A stretch of 62,916 nucleotides of DNA, filler included, from Folioceros fuciformis (lineage: Eukaryota), in the NCBI GenBank assembly GCA_049999805.1. It is 11 parts of 11 records of this genome, joined end to end, with 100 filler letters (N's around TTAATTAATTAA, not from the genome) between each part and the next. Parts side by side here need not be neighbours in the genome. Positions count along the whole stretch, not along the records: positions 35,343 to 43,375 come from JBNGIO010006435.1; positions 43,476 to 56,649 come from JBNGIO010006437.1; 9 more parts are not named here. The stretch is one strand, 5' to 3'. Below are positions 35,243 through 47,978 of this stretch, in pieces. Below the pieces are notes generated by a model. The model saw nothing but the letters and a program-made list of their open reading frames with translations. It did not search any database and was not told where the DNA came from. Numbering within the stretch: the stretch's first letter is position 1; the number at the start of each line of letters is the position of its first letter. Made by a program: the position numbers and the translations under genes.

Positions 35243-37865
35243 NNNNNNNNNNNNNNNNNNNNNNNNNNNNNNNNNNNNNNNNNNNNTTAATTAATTAANN
35301 NNNNNNNNNNNNNNNNNNNNNNNNNNNNNNNNNNNNNNNNNNTGTATTTTGTGCGATATGCCTGCATGGTCGTGTTTACAAAATTTACAGTTCAAGACTT
35401 CCATACAGACTCGGGAAAACATTCCCAATTTCTCAGACCTGATTTCTATGTTGATCATAGAGGAGAAAAACCTAGGCGAGGAATCATCCTCTAAGCCTAA
35501 GGAAAACTCTGAGCAGGCCTTCTACTCTGGCAGAGGCAGAGGTAGAGCCCAAGGTGGCAGAGGGCAAAGAGGTGGCAGAGGTCGGAATCCCTACCAAAAT
35601 CAACAACAGAATCAGGAGTCCCAGTACAAGAGTACACGTGGAAGAGGAGAAAATTCTCGAGGCTGGGGGAGTCAAAGAGGACGTGGAAATCAACAACAAA
35701 ATGATGCAAATGCAGACAATAGTGGTTGCTGGACTTGTGGTAGGTTAGACCACTTCGAAAGAGACTGTCCAAGGAGAAATCAAGGCAACAGGAGGCAGCA
35801 GAACAATTATGCCTCTAGCAGCAGTCAGAATGACTCAGAAAACTTGTTTGTCATGCAGCATATGCTTAACTCTGTGTCTGCTAATGGATCCAACAATGGT
35901 GAGATTGTGTGGTATGTGGACTCAGGAGCTTCGAACCACATGACATGCCATGGGGAGTGGTTCAAAGAAATGCAAGTGCTTGACAAACCTGGATATGTAG
36001 AAACTGGAGATGACACAACACATGCAATTGTGCATACAGGAACTGTACCTCTGAAGATGCAGGATGGCAAAGTGAAGTGCCTGGTAGATGTTCTTCACGT
36101 ACCCAACATCACAAAGAACTTGGTGTCAGTTGGGCAGATGGTTGAGCAAGGACTGCAGGTTAGATTTACACCTGCAGGACTCTTTGTTGAAGAGTGCAAG
36201 AAAGGCGGTCGCCTGATTGCTCAAGGACAGAAGGTTGGACGGATGTTCACCTTGAACGTGGAGGTTCCTAAGCTGAAGTCAGCCATGTTTGCGAAGGGTA
36301 CAAGGGTAGTGACAGACCTAGAGATGTGGCACAAACGCATTGGACATGTAAATGTGCAGAAGTTGAAGTCCATGCAGCATCAGAAGGTTGTCACAGGCAT
36401 ACCCAAGCTTACAGAAAATGGACTGCAAGGTATATGTGAAGCATGTCAACTTGGGAAACAGCCTAGGAATGCGTTCCCCCATGACAAACATGTCAGCAGA
36501 TGTGTGTTGGATGTTGTGCATTCAGATGTATGGGGTCCTACACAGACTGCATCAATCGGAGGCTGCAAGTACTATGTGACCTTCATTGACGACCACACAA
36601 GGAAGGTGTGGGTCTATTTCATGAAAGAAAAAAGTGAAGTGATCACTCATTTTCATACTTTCAAGGCGATGGTTGAGAAGCAGACAGGTAGGCACATCAA
36701 ATGCCTAAGATCTGATGGAGGGGGAGAGTACTTCTCCAGAGAGTTCAGCAAATTCTTATCAGAACAGGGCATTCAACGGCAATACTCATGTCGTTATACG
36801 CCACAACAAAATGGAGTTGCAGAGCGCAAGAACAGGCACATAGAAGAAGTGGCGAGAGCCTTGATGACAGAGAAGAAGATGCCTCACTACTATTGGGCTG
36901 AAGCTGTAAGCACAGCAGTGTACATCATGAACAGAACTTCCACAGCAGCGGTGCACAGTGTAACACCGGAGGAGAAGTTCACAGGGAAGAAACCTGACTT
37001 GTCACACTTAAAGGTATTTGGTTGCATTGCTTATGTCCATATTCCGGATGAGTTGCGGACTAAGCTTGATCCAAAAGCAGAAAAGTGTGTCTTCATTGGG
37101 TATTATGTTACACAGAAAGGATACAGGTGCTACAATCCCAGTACACGGACTATGAGAGTAAGCAGAGACGTAGTCTTTGATGAAATGGGTAGCTGGTACT
37201 TTGAAGTACAAGGAAGTAGTGTAGCTGATGTGCTTGAAACTGAGGTAACAAGCAATGCAGGTCAACAATCACAAGTGTTGAGTGGACCGCAAGCGTCATC
37301 AAACTCGACAAATGTTCAGAATCCATGGAGTGGCAGGTTGCGAGGTAGTGTGAGTCCTACGAGCTCCACAGCTGTGTCTCGCAAAGGGAAGGAAAAAGTC
37401 CAGGATTCAAAGATACCAGACCTAAGTGCAGGTGCGGATGATTCAAGCGACTCTGAGCAGAGCTTGGATGAGGAATTCGGTGTACCGAAAATCGAAACAC
37501 CTAGTGCAAAAGAGGTTCAATCAGCCCCTGGAAATGGTTCAATCCCACGGAGATCTGGAAGGCAGAAGGTTCCAATACAGCGGTTGACCTATGATAGCTA
37601 TGTAGCTAGGCACCATGCCTATATGGCAAAGGTTGTACAGGATGTGGAACCAAGAAGCTTTGAAGAAGCTATTGGAGACACAAAGTGGGAACATGCTATG
37701 GATGAAGAAATGAATGCGTTAAATCAGAATGCAACATGGGACCTAGTACAACTACCTGAAGGCAAGAAACCAATAGGTTGCAAATGGGTGTACAAGGTCA
37801 AACACAACGCAGATGGTAGTATCAACAGGTACAAGGCAAGGCTTGTGGCCAAGGGATATGCCCAG

Positions 37866-40800
37866 TATGGAGTGATTTCTTGCACCCAAGAATCACCCAA
37901 GGGGCCACACATTCCCCTATTGTCGTTGAAGTCCTATGGTTCGCTCCCAAGGGAGTGAACTAGTGCCAAGGAACGCTAGCTACCGCACTTCTACCTATCA
38001 GCCGGTCTATAGGTCTGTCCATACACTCCAAACAAAAGGACTAGAAGCCTAGCCTACCTCCTAAGTCAGCTCACCCAACTCACACTCTTGTACTTCAGTC
38101 CTCCAGCCCTTCTTGATTCCCACTTCAGCCACTTTCTCCTTGACCTCAGCGCTTCAAGATTCCCACTTTAGTCCCTTCCTCTTCACTTCAGTCCTCCAAG
38201 ATCCCCACTTCAACTCTTCCTCTCTTTTCTTCAGCTCCCCCCCCTGGAAATTAGACACAATGGCTTCACTTCTTGCAGTCTTCAAGCATAGTGGGGATCT
38301 AGGACGGGATAGCCCCCTTCACTTCAGCCAACCTGCGAATCATGTAGCCCTTGCGGATCCGGCCACACGGATCTTGACAGCCCCGGGATCCCCACGCTCC
38401 CCTAGTGGCAAGGGAATCAGGACTTTGGGTCGACCTCAACCGACTCAGCGCCCTAAGCCAGGAGTTCTACCCACAAAACCCGGGGACCTCACACCATAGA
38501 CCGCCCACTCTCAATGGCAGGCCTCTCCTCTTATACCCCTAACCCTCATCTCTCTCTCTGACTTAAACCATCCTACATCCGGTTCTGACCTAAACCTAAC
38601 CTAGGTCTGACCTAACCCTAACCTAGGTCTACATCCGGTTCTGACCTAAACCTAACCTAGGTCTGACCTAACCCTAACCTAGGTCTGACATAAACCTTAC
38701 CTAGGTCTGACCTAAACCTGACCTAGGTATGACCTCAACCTGACCTAGGTCTGACCTCAACCTGACCTAGGTCTGACCTCAACCTAATCTAGGCCTGACC
38801 TAGACCTAATCCCAACCAAGAACCCTAACTTTAACCTACCCCTGCTTCTAATTGCCCCTTGACACCGTTAGCTGCCCTTTCATCAAAATCCCCAAAATCA
38901 TCAACCCCTCACAATTACCACACATCAGGGGTGCTTCTCTTTCCCCCTTCTTCCCTCCCGGGTTAGATCATCTCCCCTCTTCTGATTACCCTGCCTCCTT
39001 CCCCAGAGTCTCCCACCTTCAGGTCCTTCCCTCCTGGCTACGGCTGGCCAAGATTCCTGGCCCTAGGCTAGGCCTTCGGCCTACAAGCAACCAGGGTTGC
39101 TACTCATGGATGGAAAGCCGAGTGTCAATTATGTCCTTGGCGGACCACCCTCCAAGCTGCTGGACTGATGCCCTTGAGCGGATAGCCCAGGGCGTCGCGT
39201 CCTGGCATGGCACACACCATCCATCATCGCCGCAAGTAGCATCCGGCCCTCCGCCTGCGGTAGCGAGTCAGTTCCAACCATCTAACCGCGGATGGCAAGC
39301 CGTATGCAAATTACGGCCCCTGGCTGGCATGGTGCCTTCGATGCCTGGGTGGGGCAGCCTACGCCCTAAAATTCCCTGGCAGTAGTCTACAACCAGTGTT
39401 CCAGTGTCAGGCTGTCATCCTTGGAGTGTCCCTCGGGACACTCCCTTGTCTTTCCCCTAGGCAGCCGCCTATGGGCTATTAGGCCTACCGGCTATCCAAC
39501 CAGCCATTTGGCCAGTCTTCGGCTGCTAGATCCGGTCGAGACCATTCTGTCCAACTTGAAGGAACGACCATGCAGAATCGTCGATGGGGTTAGTTGATCT
39601 GCACTGCACCTGGTTTGACCGGGATTTGGGACAAGCCACTATCCTTGGTTTGCAGTGCACTAAGTGCAAGTCCGTCCGCACCTGGTGCTCTCGGATCCAA
39701 CCGCTTATCCTCAGCCATCGTCTGGATTCAGCCATCACGCCGTGACTCCCCTAGCCCTGCTTCCAGCCAAACTGCAACTATCCCAGCTGCTCAGTCTCCG
39801 GCTGATCGGGACTGGATCCAGTCAGCTCGCCTGGTTGCCGAGTCGCCTGCCGTTTTCCTGATTCAGCTAGCTGGCCAGCCGACCAGACTTGACTGGCCAG
39901 CCTGCCTTTGCCTAGATCTGGCCAGGCGACCAGCCTGTAGGCCGCCTACTCCTCGCTTGCACTTGGAACGGGCTGGGTTGCTGACCAGACTCCTCACCGC
40001 CAACTCCTCACCGCCATCTCCAACCAGCAACCCCCTTGTTCGGCTAGCCGTCACGGCTCATCTCGGTTGCTCACGGCCGAGCATTCGCCTAGCTAAGACA
40101 GCTAGCCAGGAAGATAGCCCAACCCCCCTTAGATCCACTTTGTCCCGCTTGCCCAGCCAGCTAGCCAGAGACCCCTAGCTGCTAGGTCGTCGCCGGCTGG
40201 ATACTCCTGCAGCTTGTCTTGGCTGCTCCAGCCTCCAGACGTCCCTGGCCCAGCAGTCCTCCGACGGGGGATGCTTGCCAAGCCTCAAGGGTCTCCCCTA
40301 CAATCCCGATTTCGGGCTCGCCTCCTTGTTGCCGGTCGTCGGCCGGGCCGTCTGCTGAGACCTGGCTAGGCGACCATTCCCCCCCGCGTCCGGTCTGCTC
40401 GGCTCGCCTACCTTCATCCTAATCTACTCCTGTGGTTCGGCCTGGCTTCTAAATCATCTGACCCCAGCCGGCCACCATTCCGGCCCCTCCTGGCTGTTTC
40501 TGGGCCGGGCGTTCGACTACCTAAGGCAGCCAACCAGGCCACTATGCTCAGCCGAGACCAGCCACGCCGCCTAGCATTTTGCCGTGAACCTACCCTGACC
40601 AGTTCCTACCAGCCAGATGGCATGCTTGCTCCTCTAGCTGCCGGGCCGCCCCAGCCAGCGGATCCGCACCCCGATCGGCCCCTGACTGCCTGGCTGCCGC
40701 TCAGCAGCTGGTCACTGCTAAGCCAGCCCCCCTGCTACTCGCCTTGCCGATCCAACTCGGCGCCCGCCCGCTCGGAGCGTCGGTCACTTGGAGGCCACCG

Positions 40801-42662
40801 CTCCCCTCTATCCGCCTGGCCGACTGAATCCGACTACTTGCCATGATCCCACCCAACCAGGCGCTGCATGGGATCCTGCTGCTGAAACGCTTTCCAGCCT
40901 TCGGTTCCAGCCCTGGTCCTAATCAGCTTAGATCCACCCCGCCTGCTGCTTGGCCGCAATCCGATTGCACGCTATCCACGGCCGCTGCTGTCCGTGGCCT
41001 GGTCAGCCTGCTGGCTGGCTAGATCCAGCTCGCAAGCCAGCCGGATTTAGTAGGCCCCCTACCAACCGGCTCGCGTGCCTGGACTCGCCCGCTGGCCAGC
41101 CCGGCCTGGAACTGGCCAGGCAGCCTGCCTGCTTCCCATAAGCCGACCCGGCTGGGCTGCTACCTAAGCTCTTCAGTAGCTCGCCACCCGCCAAGATCCC
41201 TCCTGGCCCGAACTCCCCCTCAGCCAGGATCTACCTGGCCCACTGGCCACACCTTGATCTGCCTCAAACTCACCTGCAAGCCATTACCGCTTTGATCAAC
41301 CCAAGGCCCGTCTGGCCTGGATCCAGCGCCACCTCGGGCTGCAGCCACCAGCGGCCGCATGGCGAGCCCGCCGACCGGCCAGGCTCAGCCAGTCGGCCTG
41401 AATCCACCTTGGCCAGCCGCATACACTCCTCCCCCTGGGCTAGGCACTGCTAGCTACCCTTCTAGCTAGCAGCCACCTCCAGCCACGACCAGTTGGTTTC
41501 CACCCCCGGCCTGGCTGACTTGGGTCCATCCCGGCTGCCCACCTCCTGCAGGCGGGTCACCGCCCGGCTTCCAACTTCGGCCTCGGCCTGCCATGCTCGG
41601 AGTGTCCTGCCGATCAGGATCTGGCCAAGCCTAGCTCAACCCGCCAAGCCTACCGATCAATCTTGCCCGCCATCCGATCGCACGCTATCCACGGCCGCTG
41701 CTGTCCGTGGCCTGGTCAGCCTGCTGGCTGGCTAGATCCAGCTCGCAAGCCAGCCGGATTTAGTAGGCCCCCTACCAACCGGCTCGCGTGCCTGGACTCG
41801 CCCACTGGCCAGCCCGGCCTGGAACTGGCCAGGCAGCCTGCCTGCTAGCTGGTTGGCGATCCGGCCAGCACCTGTCTGGCCCCATCGCAACCAGTCGCCA
41901 TGACCAGACCCTTGCCCAGCCGATCAACTAGTTGCTTGGTTGGATTTGCCCTGGCTAGACCCCATACCACCCTGTCCCTGCTGCTGCTACGAGGCCGCCT
42001 TGCTACAGCGGCTGGTGGCCTGCAACCAGGCCAAGCTGCTTGCTAGCGCCGCGGCTTGCCGTGGCCAACTGGCCAGTGCCACTTGCCGACCCCCGGCCTC
42101 CATATCCAGCCCGGGAGCCAGCCACCAGCCTTGGCCTCCCAGATTCCCTGCCGTCCAACCGGGCCGTCCAGGTTGTCTGGCTGGATCCCCTGCAGCCGAT
42201 CCGCCAGCCAACCCTCCTACTAGCCTACTGCCAGCCGCTTGCCCAGAGGTCGCAAGCTGGCTCCTGCCTTCTAAATCCGGCCAGATCCAAGCCACCGCCC
42301 TGGATGCCGCCGGTCTGCTAATCTGGCCACCTGTGCTCTGGTGATCCCTCTCCACCCGATGCACCAAAGCAGCGTCCCGACACGTCCATCTCCGTCCCCA
42401 GCTTCCACTAGCAATAGCCAGAGGACACCCTAGCTCACTTTCCACGACGTCCCCGGTTTCCTATTCCTCCGTTACCTTACCCCGAGGAACCAGAGCCCGT
42501 GTCCTATCTACCACACAACCTACCTACCTTATCGACTCACCATCAACCTAACTATTATTCTAACCTAACCTTCCAACCTTTCCTCTACAACACTCACCCA
42601 CAAATCCAAAAAAAAGAAAACCTATCATTTCCCAGGGGTCTGTTCAGCATGTGGAGTCCACA
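37866..42662. mobile_element. 4797-bp non-coding insertion with LTR-type ends and 5-bp TSD (giant solo LTR or non-autonomous element)
   Basis: CCCAG duplicated at 37861-37865 and 42663-42667. Ends are T(A/G)TGGAG...TCCACA. Removing it restores GYAQ-TYGIDFEETF in frame. Confidence 0.92.
38575..38830 (+). repeat. Telomere-like ~22-bp tandem array (CTGACCTAACCCTAACCTAGGT)
   Basis: About ten degenerate units; related arrays at ~14065-14130 (minus strand) and ~46375-46520. Confidence 0.9.
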
Positions 42663-43519
42663 CCCAGACATATGGAATAGATTTTGAGGAGACGTTCAGT
42701 CCAGTTGCCAAAATGGCAACAATTCGAACCGTGATCGCACTAGCGGCATCGAAAGGTTGGGTCCTACATCATATGGATGTGAAGAATGCGTTTTTACATG
42801 GAGAATTGCTGGAAGAAGTATACATGGACCAGCCACCAGGATATGAGGATTTGGATCATCCAAATCATGTGTGCAAGCTGAAAAAAACGTTGTACGGACT
42901 GAAGCAAGCCCCGAGGGCTTGGCATGAGTGTCTTGCTCAGCATCTGATTCACATCGGATTCAACATGGCAGATGCGGATCATTCGTTGTATGTGTGCAAA
43001 AGTACAAAACGACTGGTCTTTGTGACCATTTATGTGGATGATCTAATCATTGGAGGTAATCAGTTGGATCAAGTGGAGCAGATCAAGGAACTTCTACAAC
43101 AAGAGTTCAAGATGGCGGACCTAGGTGAACTGAGGTTCTTTTTGGGCATTGAAATTATACGAACCAACACAGACGAGTAGATAGCCGATATATTTACTAA
43201 GCCAATGGGAGCAGAGAAGCTGAAGAAATTCCGAGCTATGTTAGGCGTACAGATGCTATGTTGAGCTCGAGGGGGAGTGTTGAGTTATCGAGCTCTATAT
43301 GAGCTAAACCCATGTGGTGTTAGTTATGCCAGTTGGGTTCATACTAGACTAGTTCTAGTTATTAGTGAACTTAGGNNNNNNNNNNNNNNNNNNNNNNNNN
43401 NNNNNNNNNNNNNNNNNNNTTAATTAATTAANNNNNNNNNNNNNNNNNNNNNNNNNNNNNNNNNNNNNNNNNNNNTGCCTAGGCATTTTGCATGGATAAT
43501 GCTGAGATACAGAGCACAA

Positions 43520-43740
43520 GCTCTGATACCATGTAAATTATAGATGTATAAGCATTGGATTGGATTGACTAGAGCCTGAAGGCTTAGACATATATATCAC
43601 TTGTATATTCAAAAGAATGAATAAAATGAATGGAATACAAAAAGATCTCACTTGTGTTCATTAAATATCAAATAAACCCTAAATGAAAAGGTACGAAAAT
43701 AATAACTAGGCTAAGCGAATAACAGCTTAACCCGCTAACA
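43520..43740 (-). repeat. 5' LTR (43532-43740) plus tRNA-Met PBS (43520-43531) of a minus-strand copia
   Basis: GCTCTGATACCA (reverse complement of TGGTATCAGAGC) abuts TGTAA; the far end CGCTAACA reads TGTTAGCG on the minus strand. Confidence 0.85.
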
Positions 43741-43960
43741 AACGTCGGCTAAGAGGGCTCGCTCCCACTCAGCTTCCTTGGAGGCATATGTGAGTGACTT
43801 GTACTCAACCTCTGTGGAAGAGAGCGCTATGGAGGTCTGCTTCTTGCAGCTCCAGTTCACCGCAGCAGAGGATAACAGGAAACAGTGGGCGCTCAAGCTC
43901 TTCCTTGAATCTAGGTCGGATGCCCAGTCTGCATCTGTATAGCCGTTGAGGAGGAGCTTG
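43741..43960 (-). pseudogene. Copia RNase H fragment interrupted by the neighbouring LTR
   Basis: Manual translation LLLNGYTDADWASDLDSRKSLSAHCFLLSSAAVNWSCKKQTSIALSSTEVEYKSL. Confidence 0.88.
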
Positions 43961-43974
43961 CCGGTCCTCTTAGA

Positions 43975-45015
43975 CTATGTCCTCTTAGAGTTCTTTTGGT
44001 TTTGGTTTTTTTGATTCTTTTCGAGCTATTCTTTCTCTCCTTCTTTTGAGGGTTTCATTGTTTTTGTCGTAATCCTAATCTTAGTCTTAGTCTTAGTCTT
44101 AGTCTTAGTCTTAATCTTAATCTTCATCTTCATCTTCATCTTCATCTTCATCTTCATGTTGTTCTTGTTCTTGTTCTTCATGGTGAATCTATTTCGTGCT
44201 TGATTGTTTGTTTTTGTTTTCTGCTTTTTATTTTATTCTATGCTTTGAATTAATCTTTATCTTATTTTTTTATGTCTTTATCTTTATAGATCTATAATTG
44301 AACTTTTATGAACATCAAATTTTTAAACTCAAAAGGAGATCCCTTCAATAATTCAATTACAAGAGAAGTCTATAAATCAAATCTATTCCATCTCATGAAA
44401 TTGCAAGCCCTTAAGTCAGAAGGGCCCAAAAGGGCATGCAAACATGTTTTGTATGGATGACTTGAGACACTTGATCAATCTAAAGAAACAAGAAAAGGAA
44501 CGCGCTCCTCTACAATTACACAGCCCAAAAGAAAAAGGGCCTATGAACTCCTTAAGTTTGGATGAACTAATTAAGCTCAATAAAAAAGCAGGAAAAATCC
44601 AATATAAAAGCAAAGCTCAATAAAGAGCAAGCAAACTATATAATAAGAAACAACCTTAATAAAAATAATATTAATGATCTAAGTCTTGACGACTTGATCA
44701 AGCTTAATAAAATGCAAGTAAGATGCGGCGCTCGTCAATACTATAGTGAACAAAAACAAGCAAATCCTACTAAGGAACAAATATCCTTAGAGCGAGTCTC
44801 CAAACATGGAAATAATAGAGCAGCAAGACAAAATGCACCCTACTCAGCATCCAAGGTTCGTAACTAGCCACTTTCCTATGTCATGTTAGGTGCATAAGTA
44901 TGTAGGGCAACTTGTACATTGCATATTTTATGCTACCTTGTGTGGCACACTGTGGTATACTATGTTAGGTGCATAAGAACGTAGTGCAGCTTGTACATTG
45001 CATATTTTATGCTAC
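43975..45015. repeat. ~1-kb dispersed repeat, family B copy 2
   Basis: Inverted homolog of 15021-15990; here the TTAGTC/TTCATC hexamer runs are expanded (~44075-44180). Confidence 0.9.
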
Positions 45016-46359
45016 CTTGCACTGTGATGTGTCATGTTGTGTGCTTGCAGATGCACATACACGTGATTGACATGTTTGCACTTCAAAGTTCACTCTTGGA
45101 TTTTGTAATATATATATTCATATTCTTGTCTCATAGTGCAAGTTCAAGTTTGTGGCAATACGGTTATGTGCATAAGCAGCGCTCACCTCCACTTTGTTGC
45201 AACTGGCTATCGCGCTTCTTTTCTTACAGGATAAAATAAAAGAAAATAATTATAACAAAATCGATCTAAATGAGAGTGTGACACCACACAAAAAACAAAA
45301 AGAGGAGCCTTATGGCATTTTACGGGGTTGCCGCGACGATTGGCGTATGCGTGAAATCATAAATGCAAAGAAAAGAAAATTAAATGATATGGACTTCATC
45401 GATGAAGGGCACTACGGTAGGAAGGCAAGATGCGATGCCGTCGACCTGCAACGTCATGATATAATAGCAAGTCGTGCAGTTGAGGACTTCATTTCAAAAT
45501 TCGGATCCATGCAAATTTAAAACTAAAACAATATCTTATAAGATCCAATTCCTTTCTTTCTCTCTCTTATGGAAGGACTCTCTTTTCTTTTCTCTTCTAT
45601 GAGTTCTTTTATCTAAAATATTTTTAATGTACAATTAATCTTCATTTATTTTAATCTTAAAATACTTTTATTTAATTATTTATTTATTTATAAGTACTAA
45701 GAGTTTTCCAAGTTTTCAAAATCATGCAAATTACTTCCAAAAAAAATTAGTTGCCTAAAAATAGCCCAAACATACCATCGATTACGGTTATTTAGATCCA
45801 ATTCATAAAGTTTTCTCAATCTTCTACGTCTTCTTCTTTCGATTAGCATCCTTCGAACATGTATGGGTTGTCATGCTTGCATGAAATTGATATTATAATC
45901 AAAATTTATCATCCATGCTTGATAATATCAATACCATGTCGGGCACTGCCCTCGTATGTTATGTGGCTATTCTCGGGAGATCACAAGACACTACTAGTAC
46001 TAGACTAGCTACTCGTTTTGGGGGGATGTTATTCAGCCCGATGCATGCTACGTTTGTTTGTTTGCCTTGGAGTAGCATGCGATCACGAGGGACTGGTGCA
46101 TGAGTTTAGGGTTGCCCTATATATATACCCTAAACCCTATATATATATATGAAAGGTTTAAAGAAAACACTTCAAAGTATTTGAAAAATAAATTAAAAAA
46201 TGAATGCCCTAAATGAATTTGAAACCCTAATTGATAGACATACGAAGTAGTACATGACCATGACCATTATAAATTAGCATGAGCTGAGCACTCTTGGCTA
46301 AGCTACTATGCTGAGGTACGTTTTCACTTTTGCTCTCTTCCCCTTTGGTCCCCAAGGGA

Positions 46360-46990
46360 ACCAATCCCAAACTAACTCTGACCTAAACCTAGCCTAAGTT
46401 TGACCTAAACCTAGCCTAAGTCTGACCTAAACCTATCCTAAGTCTGACCTACACCTAACCCTAAGTCTGACCTACACCTAACCCTAAGTCTGACCTAACT
46501 CTAACCTAACCCTGGACCTAATCGCCTGTTACCCCCTTGGACACCGCTGGTTGCCCCCTACCAAAAATCACCAGCCTCTCACAATTACCAAAACTCATCA
46601 GTGCTTCTCAACACTCTCCACTCCTCTCTCGGGTTAGATCATCCCTTCCCCTCAGACCATCCTGCAACCCTTCAGAGACCCCCTTCGCCTTCAAGTCCCT
46701 CCCTCCATTCTGCTAGCCAAGACCCCTGACCCGGCAAAACTACCCCTCTAGTGCCCTTGAATGAGCACCTTGTAGGCTTGGCACCAGAAGCGACAACCTG
46801 CCATCTCTGCCAACATAACCATCACTGGGCTTCCCACCCACTAGGGGCACGCTTGTACTAAGGGCTTTCCATCTTCAAACAACCAGGCGTGCTGCTTGCA
46901 GATGGCAAGCCGAATGCCACTTATGTCCTCTGGTTGGGGTGGTATCCCTCAGCTTCATCTGCACTCATTCTCTTGGCAGCCCACTTAGTG
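46360..46990 (+). repeat. Third partial copy of the telomere-like-array element
   Basis: CTGACCTAAACCTAGCCTAAGT array followed by CTCTCACAATTACCA, GGGTTAGATCATC and GATGGCAAGCCG, as in ~38900-39310. Confidence 0.8.
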
Positions 46991-47978
46991 ATTTTGAGTT
47001 TATCGAAGCGACAACACTCTTGCCTGGAACTATCGTCTGGTAGTAGATGAGTGTGGAGGAAAATATAGCACCCGGGGGTGCTGCGAGGTCCACACAAACC
47101 CTCTTTGTCGTTATAGCACTAGGATTCGATACCAAGGGAATGATTTGTGTCAAATAACACAGGTTTCTTCTAAAAGTCAGTTACTACCTAGGTCAGCCTT
47201 CTGCTCACCTACCACCTATTCGGCTACCTCAACCTCATCACGACTCGACTACTACCGTTGCCCCCTCAACTACCTTAACCCTAGGCTACTCGACGGCCTA
47301 CTCAGTCACCGAGGTACGTACCTACGTCCACCGACTACTTCGTCATCCCTACGGCTACCGTAGCACTTGGCTACTTCCGTTGCCCCTTCCACGAAGGTCG
47401 CCCAACCGGCTAACCTGGTGGGTCCACTCTCTCTTTCTTCACCTCCTCTCTCTCTACTCTCTCTCTCTCATTCACCCTGCGACTTATGCCTTCTGACAGG
47501 CGGGACGTGCTTCAGTCCTCCCTCTCCCTTTCGCGATCACTCCTCTCACACGGTTCACACCTTCACTCTCATTCATGATTGCTCACTGCTTTTCTCAGGA
47601 CTTGAGGGCGCTTGGTTCATACACACCTACAGTTACTAACGCTCGGCCTGCGTCAGGCCCTAGCTCCTTTCGTTTCCTCTAGGAATCCCTTATGCTTACT
47701 GCGCACAACGGTGCCCCCACACACGTGCACACATACACGGCTTCTCCATTAGCCAACACACTCTCACTCGCTGTCACACCCTACTCCCAACCTCAAGCCA
47801 GACTCTCACAACTACTCACGTGTCCTTGTGCCTCAGGCTCATGCACATACAGTCATCTCTCCCTTCACGGCATTCCATCTCTGAACATAGTCACGTCCAG
47901 CTTTCGCCACACTCATCACTCCGATTACTCTCTGGTCAGCCACGATCACCTCGCTACAACACCACACACCCACCATTC

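Larger units (their letters stand above)
35343..43375 (+). mobile_element. Ty1/copia element D: pol split by a 4.8-kb insertion, internal RT-RNase H deletion, PPT and partial 3' LTR
   Basis: Open frame 35349-37865 ([56 protein letters not shown]) resumes at 42668 ([15 protein letters not shown]...YVDD). It then jumps to IADIFTK near 43180. GAGGGGGAG is followed by TGTTG at 43278. Confidence 0.96.

Noticed and set aside
39526-42445. Many overlapping Pro/Ala/Arg-rich ORFs in the GC-rich insertion
   Set aside because: They occur in several frames on both strands, as expected from stop-poor GC-rich DNA, and show no recognisable domain.
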